A DNA stretch of 48,616 bases from Acanthaster planci (taxonomy: Eukaryota): NCBI RefSeq assembly GCF_001949145.1, contig NW_019091359.1:524021-572636 (forward strand), in the 5' to 3' direction. Shown one piece after another: positions 28,501-38,800 of this stretch. Below the pieces are notes generated by a model. The model saw only the letters and a list, made by a program, of their open reading frames with translations. It had not been told where the DNA came from and did not search any database. Positions within the stretch are counted from its first letter, which is position 1; every line of letters begins with the position of its first letter. Position numbers and translations under genes: made by a program.

Positions 28501-31500
28501 GTAAGTTCTGAGGCTACATTTTGGGTCATTTTACATGATTTTGGTAGGAAGGGATGTCGAATGCTCCCTAAAAAAAATTTTTTCTTGTTACATTTCAAAA
28601 AAAAAAAAAAAATAGGGTCTCTTTTTCAGGGATGGGCCATGGCCTCCACTGGCCCCCTCCCCAGATCCATCACTGGTTATCCTTCTTGTTGACATGTCAC
28701 ATTAATGATGTTGGAAGTGTATCGCATTTCATTTGAACTTGCATTAAAGACAAGACCAAACATTCTTGCACTGAATTATCTGCACTTTGACTCACCTGAA
28801 TGAGCCAGGCTGATTGTCACATCGCTGTGTGCAAGTACCCTGCCCTGCCAAACATTCATCCACATCTGCACAAATCCCATTCATGGTGTCATAGATGTAA
28901 CCGTTTGGGCACATGCAGCGGTATGAGCCGTCCTGATTGATGCACTGGGCCTCCACAGGACACGGGGACGTCGGCAGGCACTCATTAATGTCCTGACAGG
29001 TGCGCTGGTCTGATCGTAGCTCATAGCCATTTGAACATGAGCAGTAATAGCCAGAGTCTGTGTTGTGGCAGGCGTACTCGCACCCACCACGATTGTTATT
29101 GCATTCGTTGTTGTCTACAAAGAGAATAAATGACTGTTATGAGAAACTCATACACTCTACACTGTATATCCCCAAAATGGTGCAAGCAACACTCCATTTT
29201 AAGCACGTCTGCTGGCTTATTTATTATTTACCTGGCTTGAAAGAGGATATGTTTGCTTGATTATGCTTTTATTCGATTTCTTTGATTTTGGCAATCCAGA
29301 TATATGCCCTGTAGACACAAGCGTTGACACTGTGCCACATTTGGTAAGAAAGGGGTTGCTCTTCAGCATATTTCAGTTCACAGCACTGCTAACATCTCCT
29401 TTAAAATCAAATTGCCAAGGTGAAATGCATGTTTTGTTTAATATTTCAGTAGGGCAAGTGATAAAACTAGAAAGTGGCACAAACTCATCTGTGATTGGTT
29501 GTGTTTACTGAGGCCATATCTCAAGACTGGCAGAAGCAAATGAGATGAATTACCAAGTATCATCAAGCCCAGACTGCCCTCTTTCAAAACATGCAAGTTA
29601 CAGATACAGCCAGTTGAACATTCATACTAAAATGGACATTATTTGAATTACTTGCACTATGTTTGTGGGAACAAAACTAAACTCATTATATACAACATAC
29701 ACTACTCATTAAATACAACATACACTACTCATTAAATACAACATACGCTACTCATTAAATACAACATACACTACTCATTAAATACAACATACACTAGGTA
29801 TGATCTCATCATGTAGAAGAGCAGGAAAACCTCCCCAGTACTTTTATGTGCTATATGGTACTTTTTCACAACAATGGCTAAAAACCAGTAAAAGGCAATA
29901 ATTATTGAATGACATTTTGGCTGGTATCCTAATCTTAGCTGTAACAGCCAGTATCTCTCTCTGCTTATAGTAAATTTCCCTGTTAAGCAGTCCTATTGAG
30001 TTGGTTCCATTTTTTCTATCAAATAGTTAGGTCCCCCAAAAGGTTACTTTTCCTGCTTCCTGACTTACCCTATTTTGATGGCATGATCCTAAATATTTTG
30101 GGGGAAATTTCAGGAAACTGTGAACTTTGAAACAGACGACAAAAAAAAAAGGTCGATGGTAGTTTGAATGTGGTGCAAAAAAGTTCAATTGACTTCTTTG
30201 AGTATGCAACCAGTGCCCTTTAAAGTGATGTTCATTTCAATTGAAATGAAAGGAATGAACAACAATTTCTATTTCTGGTATTAGGTCTGACCATTTCACA
30301 CATAACTGCACAGTGAATTAGTACAACAAATGAAAAACAAATTTCCACCTACCTATCCTATTTTGAGATGCTATGTAATTGGAATCAGAACAAGTTTTTG
30401 TCAGCATTGAAAAGAAAGTAGTTTGTTCTTTGAAGAAATGATACTGTAAAGTTGGTGACATCCTCTTTCAACTTATGTTGATTCCAGATTCAACATGACA
30501 TTAGTGATTATTTTCTTGAAAGTACTTCCGGCCTCAAAGACAAGACTAGTAGATTGATTATCACAGACTGATACTGTGTTGTGTGTGTGGTATATCAATG
30601 AGTCTATTGTACAGCACAAACAGATGCACGGTGTTTTGAAAGCCAAACATTTTCAAATAAGTCCCTATTAATTTTCCAAAAAGAAAATCCTGAAAACAAT
30701 TACAAACAATTGCTATTTAAAAGCCAAAATACATGAAAGTGCCAATCTTTTATGAACTTAAAGTTTGAGGAAAACCAGTTACAACTTCGAGTTGTTCCTT
30801 GAGTTGTTATTAAAGAAAACAGAGACTTACTACAGGAGCTAAAGCATAAATACTTAAAATGGATGTCTTTTCAGGACGTTGATGGTTTGAAGTATCTTGG
30901 CAGGTAAGAAAAAGAGAAATGGATAAATTGCAAATTAGTCTTCTTCCAAGCAGACAGGAGTGTTTACCTGCACAGGTGACTCCATCTGGGAGTAAGGCAA
31001 AGCCGTCAATACACTGACATTGAAATGTTCCCTCCATGTTGTTGCAATGGTGGCTACACCCACCGTTGTCAATACCACATTCATTAATATCTGTGGCAGA
31101 TGTGAGTACAGAAAGGAATTATTTCTGAGATTGCACAAAAGTCAACCGTTGTCCACTGTAAAAATCAGGCTCATTCTGTAGAATATGAGTTAACCAACTC
31201 ATGAAAGTCAAAATCTTTTTTGGGGGGGGATTAATTTTATCAGTATTTCTAAAGTCCCAAATGCTGCACTTATCAAGGACACTATAAAAGACAAAATATT
31301 ACAACTGTGGTCAGAATACAAACAAAAGGTCAGAATACAAACAAAAAGAGCCTGTGATCTATGAATGAAATTTCTTTCTCATACACTAGAACCTTATCTC
31401 CCATTGAACAAAAACAAACAATCAACAAAACAAACAAAAAAACAGAAATGGAAATCAAACAAGGGAAGTGAGGCTAGTTTAGACTTTACCACTGCAAGTA

Positions 31501-34500
31501 AGAAGGTCGTCATTAAGAGCATATCCGCTGTTGCAACTGCAGGAATAGCCTGTAGAGAAGGCAGTACAATTACTCTCACACATTCCTCTACCACCATTGG
31601 CCTCACAATAGTTGGGAGCTGAAATTATAAATAAGAGACAAACACTAAAATTGGTTGGTTTCCCTACTTGTCATTGCGAAGTCCACACAAAATTCTTTTC
31701 CCCTTAATTATTTCTCATCACAAAAAAGTGCGGGGGGAGGTGATTTAGGCCTATGGTCACACCACAAAGATATAATGTTCTAGTCTGTAGTAAATGCAGT
31801 TTAGACTCTTTGATCAACAGTCACAAGAAATTAGCAGGAATTACTTCAAACAGGGACTTACTATTTCCTAATGAGTCAGTTCTGTATTCCAACAGGGCAT
31901 GCCAAAGTTTGCATTTGAGGTCATCTGGGCGTGCATATAAGATCTGCCTTAAAGCAGCCCTATATGGACTCAAGCTCGGACTTTGTGAATGAACTTGCTT
32001 TTTTGAAATACCAAACTGGCTCAATGTTCTGGCCTAAGATTGTCGTGTGCGCCGTTTCTCTGTCTGCCATTTTGAAAAAGCTTTTGTCTTTTTTTCGTCA
32101 GAACCAGACAGAAAATCTTGCAGTTCTCTCACAGCCAAACAAGCTTTTATTACCCTTCTGCAACACAGTTGTACATTACTCATACAAGCCTTGTTAAGTT
32201 CAACAATAATAAGGCTTAACAGTAAAATGCTCTTAATTTGTTGCCCAACATATGCAATACAATGTGGTGTGGGTGGAGTTACACCAATGCATGAAGTTTT
32301 GTGAAATCAGCTGCAAGTCCTACTGCAAATGGACTTGGACATTTTATCTTCGTCGTATTTAGAAAATAAGATGAAATTAAACCTGTGTAAGAGTAAAGTA
32401 GTGAGATTTACTGGTAAAAGGATATCTATTCAGTCAACTTGTAAATTGCATTCTGTTACTCTAGAAATCGTTCGGGGAGTCAAGTGTCTTGAAGTTATAT
32501 TAAACAGCCATCTAACTTGGTCTGTTCACACACGTTTCATTACATGCCATGCCAACAAGATGCTTATAATAAGTACCTGTATAAAATCACATTCACTAAC
32601 ACGCTAACCAAATTGGCAACCAAAGAAAATGTTCTGACCTTACTCGAATGTTGTGACATACAAATTGCCTAAAGAGGGTTCTTTGTGTCAGAACACCCTC
32701 TAGTCTGGACAATGAAAACAAAGTCTCCCTACCATGGCTCAGTTGTCTGGATGGATGCACTGCATGAATCACATGTGGAAAGACGAAAGGCCCACTGATA
32801 AAAATCCGGTCCCCTCCTGTGTCTTTGTGGGCACTGACAATAGTGTGCTGATATAAATCCGTCCAATAGATGCGATCATCATACAATGTGAGATCAAACG
32901 GGTGAAAATAAAAACGCCGGTTCAGAAGCACAGTCCGGTCTGACCCATCCACGTTGCACGACTCAATGCGGTCAGTCCAAGCATCGGCGAAGTAGAGACG
33001 CTGAATGACGAACAAATAAACAAATAAGGGAATCCACAATTCTTGACAGGGTAAGCTGTGCAGTCAGCAAGGGAATTCATCTCACCCAAGGCTCGTTTTG
33101 CTAATTTTCTGGACCATTGCAAACTGCACGAACAACCTGCAGTGACAGTTTACTGTTTACATACCATCAGTATTCCTTTTTGACATTTTCTGAGGATACC
33201 AACCAAGTTGTTATCTTCTGATCCAAACAAATGCAACGTAATCCAATCAAATCCAATCTTTTATGTAACTTTGGCCAATCAACACAATCCATGTAATCCA
33301 CATCTTCTCATGTAACCTAGTCTGATCTAATTCCAAAGATGATGATGCCACATGGATGAAGTCATACAATCATTTTCCAGTCTAATCATGCTTCCTATGA
33401 CCAATCTGATCTCAAATCAATCCTCTTTGAGTCACTGTAATCTGGCAGTATCTGCATTTGAATCTAGTTTACATATACATGTAAACCTAGCCAAATGTAA
33501 TTTAATTCATCTAATCAAATACAGTCTAATCAAACCAATCTTATCTAATACCCTTCCCAATTCTCCACTTCCTTACATCTGTATCATAATCCATGGTGAT
33601 TGCATTTGGCTTCAGGAGATTTCTTGAGACAATGACTTGCTGCTGTGTTCCATTGCTCATACGAGCTCTCTGGATGTTAGGTGCCCAGTTGTTCACATTG
33701 GTGAAGTACATCACGTCATTACGGGGATCTAGAACAATTCCCCTTGGGTTGCCGGCATTGGTTGCTATGACCACTGAGAGGTCAGTAAATCCATTCAGGT
33801 TCAAGCGGCTGATGGTCCCAAATGCTGAAAACATAGCAGAAGTGATGTACAAAAAAACACCTTTTGTTTCACAAACTGATTAAATTCAAGTTTATGATCA
33901 GAAAGAGATGCCTTTGCTATAGCATTAGTATCACACTCAGGAATATCACGAACAAATCTGAGTGTGAGTAACTGATCCATTTTGGATTCTTTCATGGCAC
34001 TGAAAATCTCTCAACTTCAGCACTGAAGATCACTTGCTTTCTAAACCTTACACAGCAAAATGTATAAATAGTCTGTTTCTTGCAGGGGGACGGGCCTCAA
34101 CAAATATTTTCCAACCCGATTTGTTTTTTTCCTCGTTTCGACTGGTGAATAAGCTCTTTGAAAAGTCATGTGGACCAAAATCAGCGTTTCTTCAGCAAGG
34201 GAGGTTATTAGACAAAATATACACAGAAACGATATGTCTGTTACGGTCATGATGAAAATGGTGAAATAGAAGATTAATGTTTAAAGGAAACTTACCCAAA
34301 TCTGTCCAGTATAACTGATTGTTAACCCAGTCCACTGCTACTCCATCAACTTGGGAATCATCTCCAGTGGACACTACAACTTCCTTATTGCCACCATCCA
34401 AGGGAGCCCTGAAAGTGAATTCAAGAATTACTTTGACTAATTAACATTTACTGAACACAGGCTTGCATCAATGATGGCTAACCATCTCCAAAACCTTGGA

Positions 34501-35833
34501 AATACACATGTATATAGATGTGCATCAAAGCAATTTGTTGAGGGGATGTAAAACAATGCTCCTCGTCCTGAAATGGACTCGCAGCATTGCTTTGAACCAG
34601 TAACTTAGCACCAAAATGAACATACCTGAACATAAATGGTAGGTACTTCAGTTTGTTTGTTTGTTTGTTGGGGTGTTGGGGTTGTTTGTTTGTTTGTTTG
34701 TTTTTCATTCAGTTCTATAATCCTTCTTTGCAAATTCTGAAACAAGCTTTCTCATAGCACAACTTTAATCTCTTCACATGGGCTCATTAGGATTTTTCCA
34801 CAGGGTGGGATCATTTTTTCAGAGAGGGGAACTGCACGGGGGAGGAGTGTGTAGCATCTATCAGTGGATATTGGATAAATCATTAACAGTGGAGGGAAAT
34901 AAGGTTTCCATCCCCTATCATCTCTATCAACTCTTTGGGCTTCCACTTTCCCTCTTCAATTACTTTTTTATGGGGGTACACCCCCTTTCCCCCTCATTCA
35001 ACCCCTAATCTCATTCGTCATCAATAATACAAAGTACATTTATGTAGATTGAAAATATGCTCCCTAAATTACTTTTGGTTTTAATTTAGTAGACTCATGT
35101 TCAATCATTTCCAGAGGAAGTGTGCAGTGGCAAACTCCTTTGTGTCTGCACGGCCTCAAGTTTATAACAGGAATCATATTCCTGCAGGTCCTCAGTCAAA
35201 AACAGGTACCTACAAGTTGTTCCAATATGAATACACATACCACAAAAGCACCAGACAACATTACTCAAAACATAAGAGTACTGTCTTTAGTATGCCTTAC
35301 ACAATGTTCATTCCTCACACGTCACATTTTCAGTAGCTGAGGTGTTCTTTGACTGACCCAATGTGGAACCACCTTCTCATTACCACATAATAAACAAAAA
35401 AGTCTGACAGTGCTGGATTAAAGACAGCATCAACATTGCCGTTTTCCAGAAACCATTCATTTTTAGTCACAATGCAAAAAGCTCTCAACTTCTCCTCCTC
35501 TTTCAAAACATTTTTCTATTCCTTCCACTGTATAAACATAATGGGCTGGCTACATGTCCTTCTTTTGTAAACAAAACAACAAAAAACTTACATGAACAGA
35601 TGAAAAGAAATGAACACTCTACCTGTAAATCTTCTTGTCATCTTGGTCACTCCAATAGAAAAGGCCTGCCTCATAGTCAAAGTCCAATGCCACAGTGTCA
35701 TGGGTGTCCTGTTGCAGCACCTTGGAATCAGTCACATCTACATTGAAGCGTACAATGCGGTACTGACTAGAGAAGATCAGGTAAGCCTCAACATCATCTG
35801 GTATGTGGTCTGGCATGGTGTGGCCTGGAATGG
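616..35833 (-). CDS. Large multi-exon gene (partial at both ends): YWTD beta-propeller + 6 EGF + sushi/CCP + >=12 cadherin repeats; atypical cadherin / LRP-like cell-surface or secreted protein
   Basis: 22 exons with GT-AG boundaries and matching phases join into one open frame of 5721 nt (about 1907 aa). YWTD-type, cbEGF (D-x-N/D-E-C), CCP (C..C..W..C) and cadherin (D/N-V-N-E/D-P-P, xE-N, DPD, LDYE/FE) motifs appear in order. Confidence 0.9.
2016..2050. repeat. 2.5 x 14-bp tandem repeat AACCCAACGTAAGG
   Basis: Read directly; lies just upstream of the tRNA-derived element. Confidence 0.85.
2111..2183 (+). pseudogene. tRNA-Thr(AGT)-derived sequence (tRNA pseudogene or SINE head)
   Basis: A-box TGGTCGAGTGG, anticodon loop CTAGTAA, B-box/T-arm CTGGGTTCGAGTCCCA; acceptor stem (GCTCG/CGAGT) and anticodon stem contain mismatches. 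Confidence 0.7.
3410..3609 (-). CDS. Exon U: cadherin repeat 10 (..LDPD..LNYE..TDADG)
   Basis: Acceptor tcacag, donor GAG|gttag; phase 1 to 0. Confidence 0.92.
3660..3840. mobile_element. MITE with 15-bp TIR (AGTGGTGTAACTAGA / TCTAGTTACATCACT)
   Basis: TIR with 1 mismatch, termini similar to the 43712 element; no TSD seen. Confidence 0.6.
4481..4679 (-). CDS. Exon T: cadherin repeats 9/10 (..LDYE..DVAEQP..IMENNEA)
   Basis: Acceptor caacag, donor G|gtacgt; phase 0 to 1. Confidence 0.92.
5490..5834 (-). CDS. Exon S: cadherin repeats 8/9 (..VDFE..NINEAPTDI..IDENRAQGTVIG..DPD)
   Basis: Acceptor ccctag, donor GAG|gtaac; phase 0-0. Confidence 0.94.
6681..7260. mobile_element. Non-autonomous TTAA-targeting DNA transposon (Kolobok-like AG termini)
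   Basis: TIR AGGGTAGCTGCAATCAATTTT vs AGTGTAGCTGCAATGAATTTT; flanked by TTGA (left) and TTAA (right). Confidence 0.6.
7307..7468 (-). CDS. Exon R: cadherin repeat 8 N-half (VLDVNEPP..VHENQQGALVG..DPDEGD)
   Basis: Acceptor catcag, donor GAT|gtatgt; phase 0-0. Confidence 0.93.
8797..9011 (-). CDS. Exon Q: cadherin repeat 7 (..LRTTQPLDFEE..)
   Basis: Acceptor ttttag, donor ACG|gtaaa; phase 1 to 0. Confidence 0.9.
9717..9772. repeat. Perfect 28-bp tandem duplication TTATGTGAGAATACCAGGCAAATGAAAA
   Basis: Read directly from the sequence. Confidence 0.9.
9929..10133 (-). CDS. Exon P: cadherin repeats 6/7 junction with a Ser/Gly linker
   Basis: Acceptor gattag, donor G|gtacgt; phase 0 to 1. Confidence 0.88.
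11131..11316 (-). CDS. Exon O: cadherin repeat 6 N-half (IINENDPPTRVEIS..LQCIDEDATDTHTFSL..GNELR)
   Basis: Acceptor tttag, donor CGG|gtaagg; phase 0-0; translated by hand. Confidence 0.9.
11703..12721 (-). mobile_element. Solo LTR of an LTR retrotransposon (Ty3/gypsy-like), about 1.02 kb
   Basis: TG...CA termini (TGTAAC / GTAACA), 4-bp direct repeat ATAT on both flanks (11699-11702, 12722-12725), minus-strand AATAAA near 11785, more CpG than surrounding intron. Confidence 0.75.
12831..12964 (-). CDS. Exon N: cadherin repeat 5 C-half (..LNFESP..VVAEDPG..FTVK)
   Basis: Acceptor tttcag; weak donor AAG|gtctca; phase 1 to 0 fits both neighbours. Confidence 0.85.
15176..15363. mobile_element. Foldback / palindromic MITE
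   Basis: Perfect 16-bp outer TIR ACACATATGGACTGGC and perfect 18-bp inner inverted repeat (15229-15246 / 15291-15308). Confidence 0.7.
15803..15952 (-). CDS. Exon M: cadherin repeat 5 (..CVTENTAPDTLIATAVVTDPD..)
   Basis: Acceptor tcccag, donor G|gtgagt; phase 1-1. Confidence 0.88.
17098..17280 (-). CDS. Exon L: cadherin repeats 4/5 (..ATDTG..VQNVNEPP..)
   Basis: Acceptor tttcag, donor G|gtttgt; phase 1-1. Confidence 0.9.
17890..18762 (-). CDS. Exon K: cadherin repeats 1-4
   Basis: Within ORF 17819..18784; FDYE, DVNE, DENDAP, DVNDPP and DPD motifs; acceptor gcacag, donor G|gtaag. Confidence 0.96.
20191..20475 (-). CDS. Exon J: C-half of sushi (GSSTIICQQNGVWSVSTAEC) plus start of cadherin repeat 1 (VNDPP..IPEDTVNGTVLG..DPD)
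   Basis: Acceptor ctctag, donor G|gtatgt; phase 1-1; translated by hand. Confidence 0.92.
21493..21651 (-). CDS. Exon I: end of last EGF plus N-half of sushi/CCP (GSFVCLCNDGFQPVGDGQSCIAIDCGQPGSIDGFNMSCTGTTYGSRCSLSCIQ)
   Basis: Acceptor ccacag, donor G|gttag; phase 1-1; translated by hand. Confidence 0.9.
22483..22595 (-). CDS. Exon H: EGF halves (CSCHDGFVLDGDGVSCSDVNECEDSLHACQQNCVNII)
   Basis: Acceptor ttgtag, donor G|gtaag; phase 2 to 1. Confidence 0.93.
23079..23327. mobile_element. MITE with about 28-bp imperfect TIR (GGCC(A/C)AATTTC..CTGC.TAC)
   Basis: 22/28 identity between the left end and the reverse complement of the right end; CpG-rich interior. Confidence 0.6.
23532..23668. repeat. 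AT-rich long inverted repeat / hairpin
   Basis: 30-bp arms 23562-23591 and 23605-23634 (28/30 paired), 13-nt loop; outer ATATAAATTAAATT arms and polyT/polyA extend the stem. Confidence 0.85.
24765..25520 (-). mobile_element. Degenerate 3' fragment of a CR1/L2-group LINE (ORF2 post-RT region)
   Basis: Minus-strand peptides FKYLGIWMDENLS (25292-25330), PYFEYC (25161-25178) and WNNL (about 24828-24839) in the expected order, then an AATAAATAA tail; frames broken, ends approximate. Confidence 0.7.
28796..29114 (-). CDS. Exon G: 2.5 calcium-binding EGF domains (DNNEC.., DINEC.., DVDEC..)
   Basis: Acceptor ttgtag, donor AG|gtgagt; phase 1 to 2; translated by hand, open throughout. Confidence 0.95.
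29681..29795. repeat. Minisatellite, 5 x 23 bp (ACTCATTAAATACAACATACACT)
   Basis: Five near-identical head-to-tail units with no spacers. Confidence 0.95.
30968..31090 (-). CDS. Exon F: calcium-binding EGF (DINECGIDNGGCSHHCNNMEGTFQCQCIDGFALLPDGVTCA)
   Basis: Phase 1-1 exon of 123 nt; DINEC cbEGF consensus. Confidence 0.95.
31490..31618 (-). CDS. Exon E: EGF domain after the propeller (PNYCEANGGRGMCESNCTAFSTGYSCSCNSGYALNDDLLTCS)
   Basis: Phase 1-1 exon of 129 nt with 6 Cys in EGF spacing; translated by hand (this frame is not in the ORF track). Confidence 0.92.
32300..32575 (+). mobile_element. Degenerate LINE reverse-transcriptase C-terminal fragment (CR1/L2-group like)
   Basis: LQMDLD..NKMKLNLCKSKVVRF..LEIVRGVKCLEVILNSHLTWSVH..ANKML resembles the LQxDLD..NxMxLNxxK..KYLGVxLxxxLTWxxH..ANxxL LINE consensus. 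Confidence 0.75.
32733..33000 (-). CDS. Exon D: last YWTD repeats (RLYFADAWTDRIES..HPFDLTLYDDRIYWTD..HPSRQ)
   Basis: Acceptor ttcag, donor G|gtagg; phase 0 to 1; HPF..IYWTD and HPSRQ propeller end typical of LRP/LDLR. Confidence 0.93.
33577..33824 (-). CDS. Exon C: YWTD repeats (..NPRGIVLDPRNDVMYFTN..IQRARMSNG..PNAITMDYDTD)
   Basis: Acceptor tttcag, donor GAT|gtaagg; phase 1 to 0; PRGIxLDP and PNxIxxD motifs. Confidence 0.93.
34296..34408 (-). CDS. Exon B: YWTD repeat (APLDGGNKEVVV..DGVAVDWVNNQLYWTDL)
   Basis: Acceptor tttcag, donor G|gtaag; phase 2 to 1; canonical AVDW..LYWTD. Confidence 0.93.
35623..35833 (-). CDS. Exon A (first identified): start of YWTD propeller (..AYLIFSSQYRI..VALDFDYEAGLFYWSD..IYR)
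   Basis: Acceptor ttcacag, donor AG|gtaga; phase 1 to 2; LDLR class B motif YWSD. An alternative in-phase acceptor lies 9 nt inside. Confidence 0.85.
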
Positions 35834-38800
35834 CTGTGAAGCAGGAACAAGTCAGTCATCACAGTATAATAACTGTTATGTATGGCTAACTACAGCATCT
35901 GTCCCAACCATAGATGGACCGGTCTCATACAACTACAGTGCTACAGTTGGGTCGGCCCAACTATGGCATAGGGTGCTAGTGTGTGCCACAGCATGTGCCA
36001 AGAAACATGTATTGGAAGAATCTAGTTTTTAATTGTGTCATGGATGAAATGACAGGCTGATATGTTTCTGATAACTCTGTTGGGAGTGAGCTGCAAAAAG
36101 ACAAGGTTGAGAAAATTTCAAAGAATTTCCCAAACTGTATTTGAGCCTGCCCAAATGTAGTTCTACAGTTTGGACCCTCCTAACTATAGTAAGGACTGAT
36201 ACTTTGCTTGAGGTGAAACAGATTTCACAACTTCACTCCATGCATGGGTTCCACACGCAGCAAACTGGCCAATTACTGACAATTTTTTTCAACAGAAGCA
36301 CAGCTAGGAATTTTCTCACAGCATGACGTTCTCCCTTTGTAAAGAACTTTACAGTTTTGCAATTATTGACTTTTTTGAGGCCAATAAATGTACATTTTGC
36401 ATGAAAAGCTAGATAAGGTTCAACACCAACTTTGTACTGACATAACTTGAAAAACCTTCACCGAGCAATACGTATCACATTTATCAGTAGTAATGCACCA
36501 GTGAATTGTTTCAAATTAACTGATTTGAATAACTTATAAATAGATACCCCAAACGAGTTTAAACCTCTGAGAAATGTTGAACAGTGCATACAAGAATAGG
36601 CTCAATCAATGCAAGTACATGTACAAGGCCACAATAACAGACAAGGACAACCTACAGTGCCTGCAGGCAGGATACAAGCTTTGATAACCTGTATGACCCC
36701 TCCACAGAAAAAAATCTACAGCACCTGGTGTTCTACTGTAAACACATCTGCATATGTGCGAGGACGTGTAAAACAACCGAATGGTGCACGCTTGACACTT
36801 TCTGTTTTCTTCCTTTATAATATGCAGACATAAGTGAAAGTAGTCAGTAAAATGGCTTTCCTTTCTTTCAGTCTCAGACTCGACACAGACCATTTGAACA
36901 ACTGTTCATTATTTACTTCCAGTCTATGTTTTAGCGCTAAGCCATCTGACAGGTTTCAGAGTACTTGCTATAGGGAAAATGAAAATACAAAAATCATATC
37001 GTCTATTCCTATGACCTGAGCAAACAATGGCACTACAGACTGCTTGGATAATTGACGGACATTTGGACTTGAACTGCCCGTCAAAACAAACTAAAGCTAA
37101 AGTCTGCAGCGACTTGATTTCAAGTTAATTGACAGGACAGACTTTTTTTTCAGTGTCCTCATTGATAAACAAATTAAGAATGTCCCTGAGCTAGGCAGTG
37201 AACCGCAAAGGATCAGGCACTCATACACAGCCACTTACAGGGGGCCTTGCAAGTGCACAGCCCACATGCCATGCAAACCCAGGCAAGGTCTCACTCTCTG
37301 AAGTGTACAGTCCTTGGTCACCTAGTTGTACATTGCAGCCTATTGTGCATTTCATAGCACACGATAAACACTTTTCTCACTGCTTACCACATCCCTTTCC
37401 TTTCTCTAGAATCAGCATTGAGTGGTGTTTCTTTTAAAGGGTTGAAGATGTAAGTTTACTTGAAAATAACAATCTGTGTTTGGGAAACTTTGCCCATACA
37501 CTGGACTAGTATTATGACCTGTGACCAACAAAGCCGTGTTTTTAAATAGGCTGTAATGCGCTCTCGAATGAGTGGACCCCAGAGAGGGTGCAATGAAAAT
37601 GGAATCAATTATTAAATGATTATTAATCACAGAAGTAAATAAATTTAAAACAGCCTAAAATCCTAAATTAAGGCAAATTTTACAACAGAAACAGCTGTAA
37701 CATTCAGGTTCATTCCTTGATCCAAACACCTCAATTTTGCTCCTAATCAAGCAAATTTGCAGGGTACCAAATATTCTTAAAATGGAACGACAAAATGTGC
37801 AAGAACTGCATAAAAACTCTAAAAACTCTATTGCCTGGGCCCATATAGTCTGTTGCAAGTAGCAAGTCTGTGGTGTAGCACTTTTCTTGCTCCTTTAATT
37901 TCTAAAAAATCAAAAAGTGAAGTCTAGATCTGTTTTAAGTTTTGTGTAGTTTGACTCACATCACATGCTGCAGAACCATACACTATTGACCGGATTGTGC
38001 ATCATGTATCAGGCATCACGACTGAGGGCTGGAAGTCCCACCAGGGGACTCAAACTCTTAATCACAGACGGCTGTTATGTCAGGACCCTTACAGGCTATT
38101 TTATGTGCACTTTTTTTTTTTCATTAATACCAGGGGTATTCAAAGAGCAGCTTTCTGTATCTTTAACCCACAGATCACTTAATATTGCTTGAAAACTTAG
38201 AAAAATACAAATGTGAATAGTGTGTTGAGCAGCATTGAATGTTATGGTAGCCATCTTTGGAAGCCCCAAAGTTGTGCCACACAGCTTTATGCAATTATAC
38301 ACAGTGATATAAATATGGGCATATGCTCGCCTGACAGCATACTGAGAGAGATCAGTGGCTGTACAAAACCCTCAGTTCAAGTTCTCAATCTGACGTCAAT
38401 GTTTAAAAGCAACTAAATTAACTTGGAACAAGACTTTCTTGTTTCGGACGGATTTCATGTCACAGTTCTTCGGCACATAAGTGGTGAGTTTGTCACATAC
38501 ACAGATTTTGTAATAGGTATGTATCCACAGTAATCAATAGATACAACAATTATCTAAAACATAGTTAGAAATCTGCATAAGAAACTTGTAGTGCTGCAAT
38601 TTTCAGAGCAATAGCTTGCCTTGTCTTTCTGGTTTAACAATACCATCACCGTTCCCACTCTTTCCTCCTATCATTGTTGGTTTGGACAGATTGGTTGAAC
38701 TGTCCACTTATTGAAGTTTAATTTCTGAGGAGACAAAAGTCTTCAGCATCAGAGGTAGAACTTACTGAAAAGGAAGGACATCTTTAAACATAATGTTGAT

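Noticed and set aside
29681..29795. CRISPR-like regular repeat
   Set aside because: Units are contiguous with no unique spacers, and the context is a eukaryotic intron; it is a minisatellite
33230..33545. Patterned AATCC/AATCT-rich tract and overlapping 91-aa ORF
   Set aside because: Decayed pentamer microsatellite with no coding signal
616..35833. Assigning a symbol such as FAT4, LRP2, LRP4 or DCHS
   Set aside because: Domain order matches none of them: no LDLa repeats seen, and the EGFs lie N-terminal to the cadherin repeats
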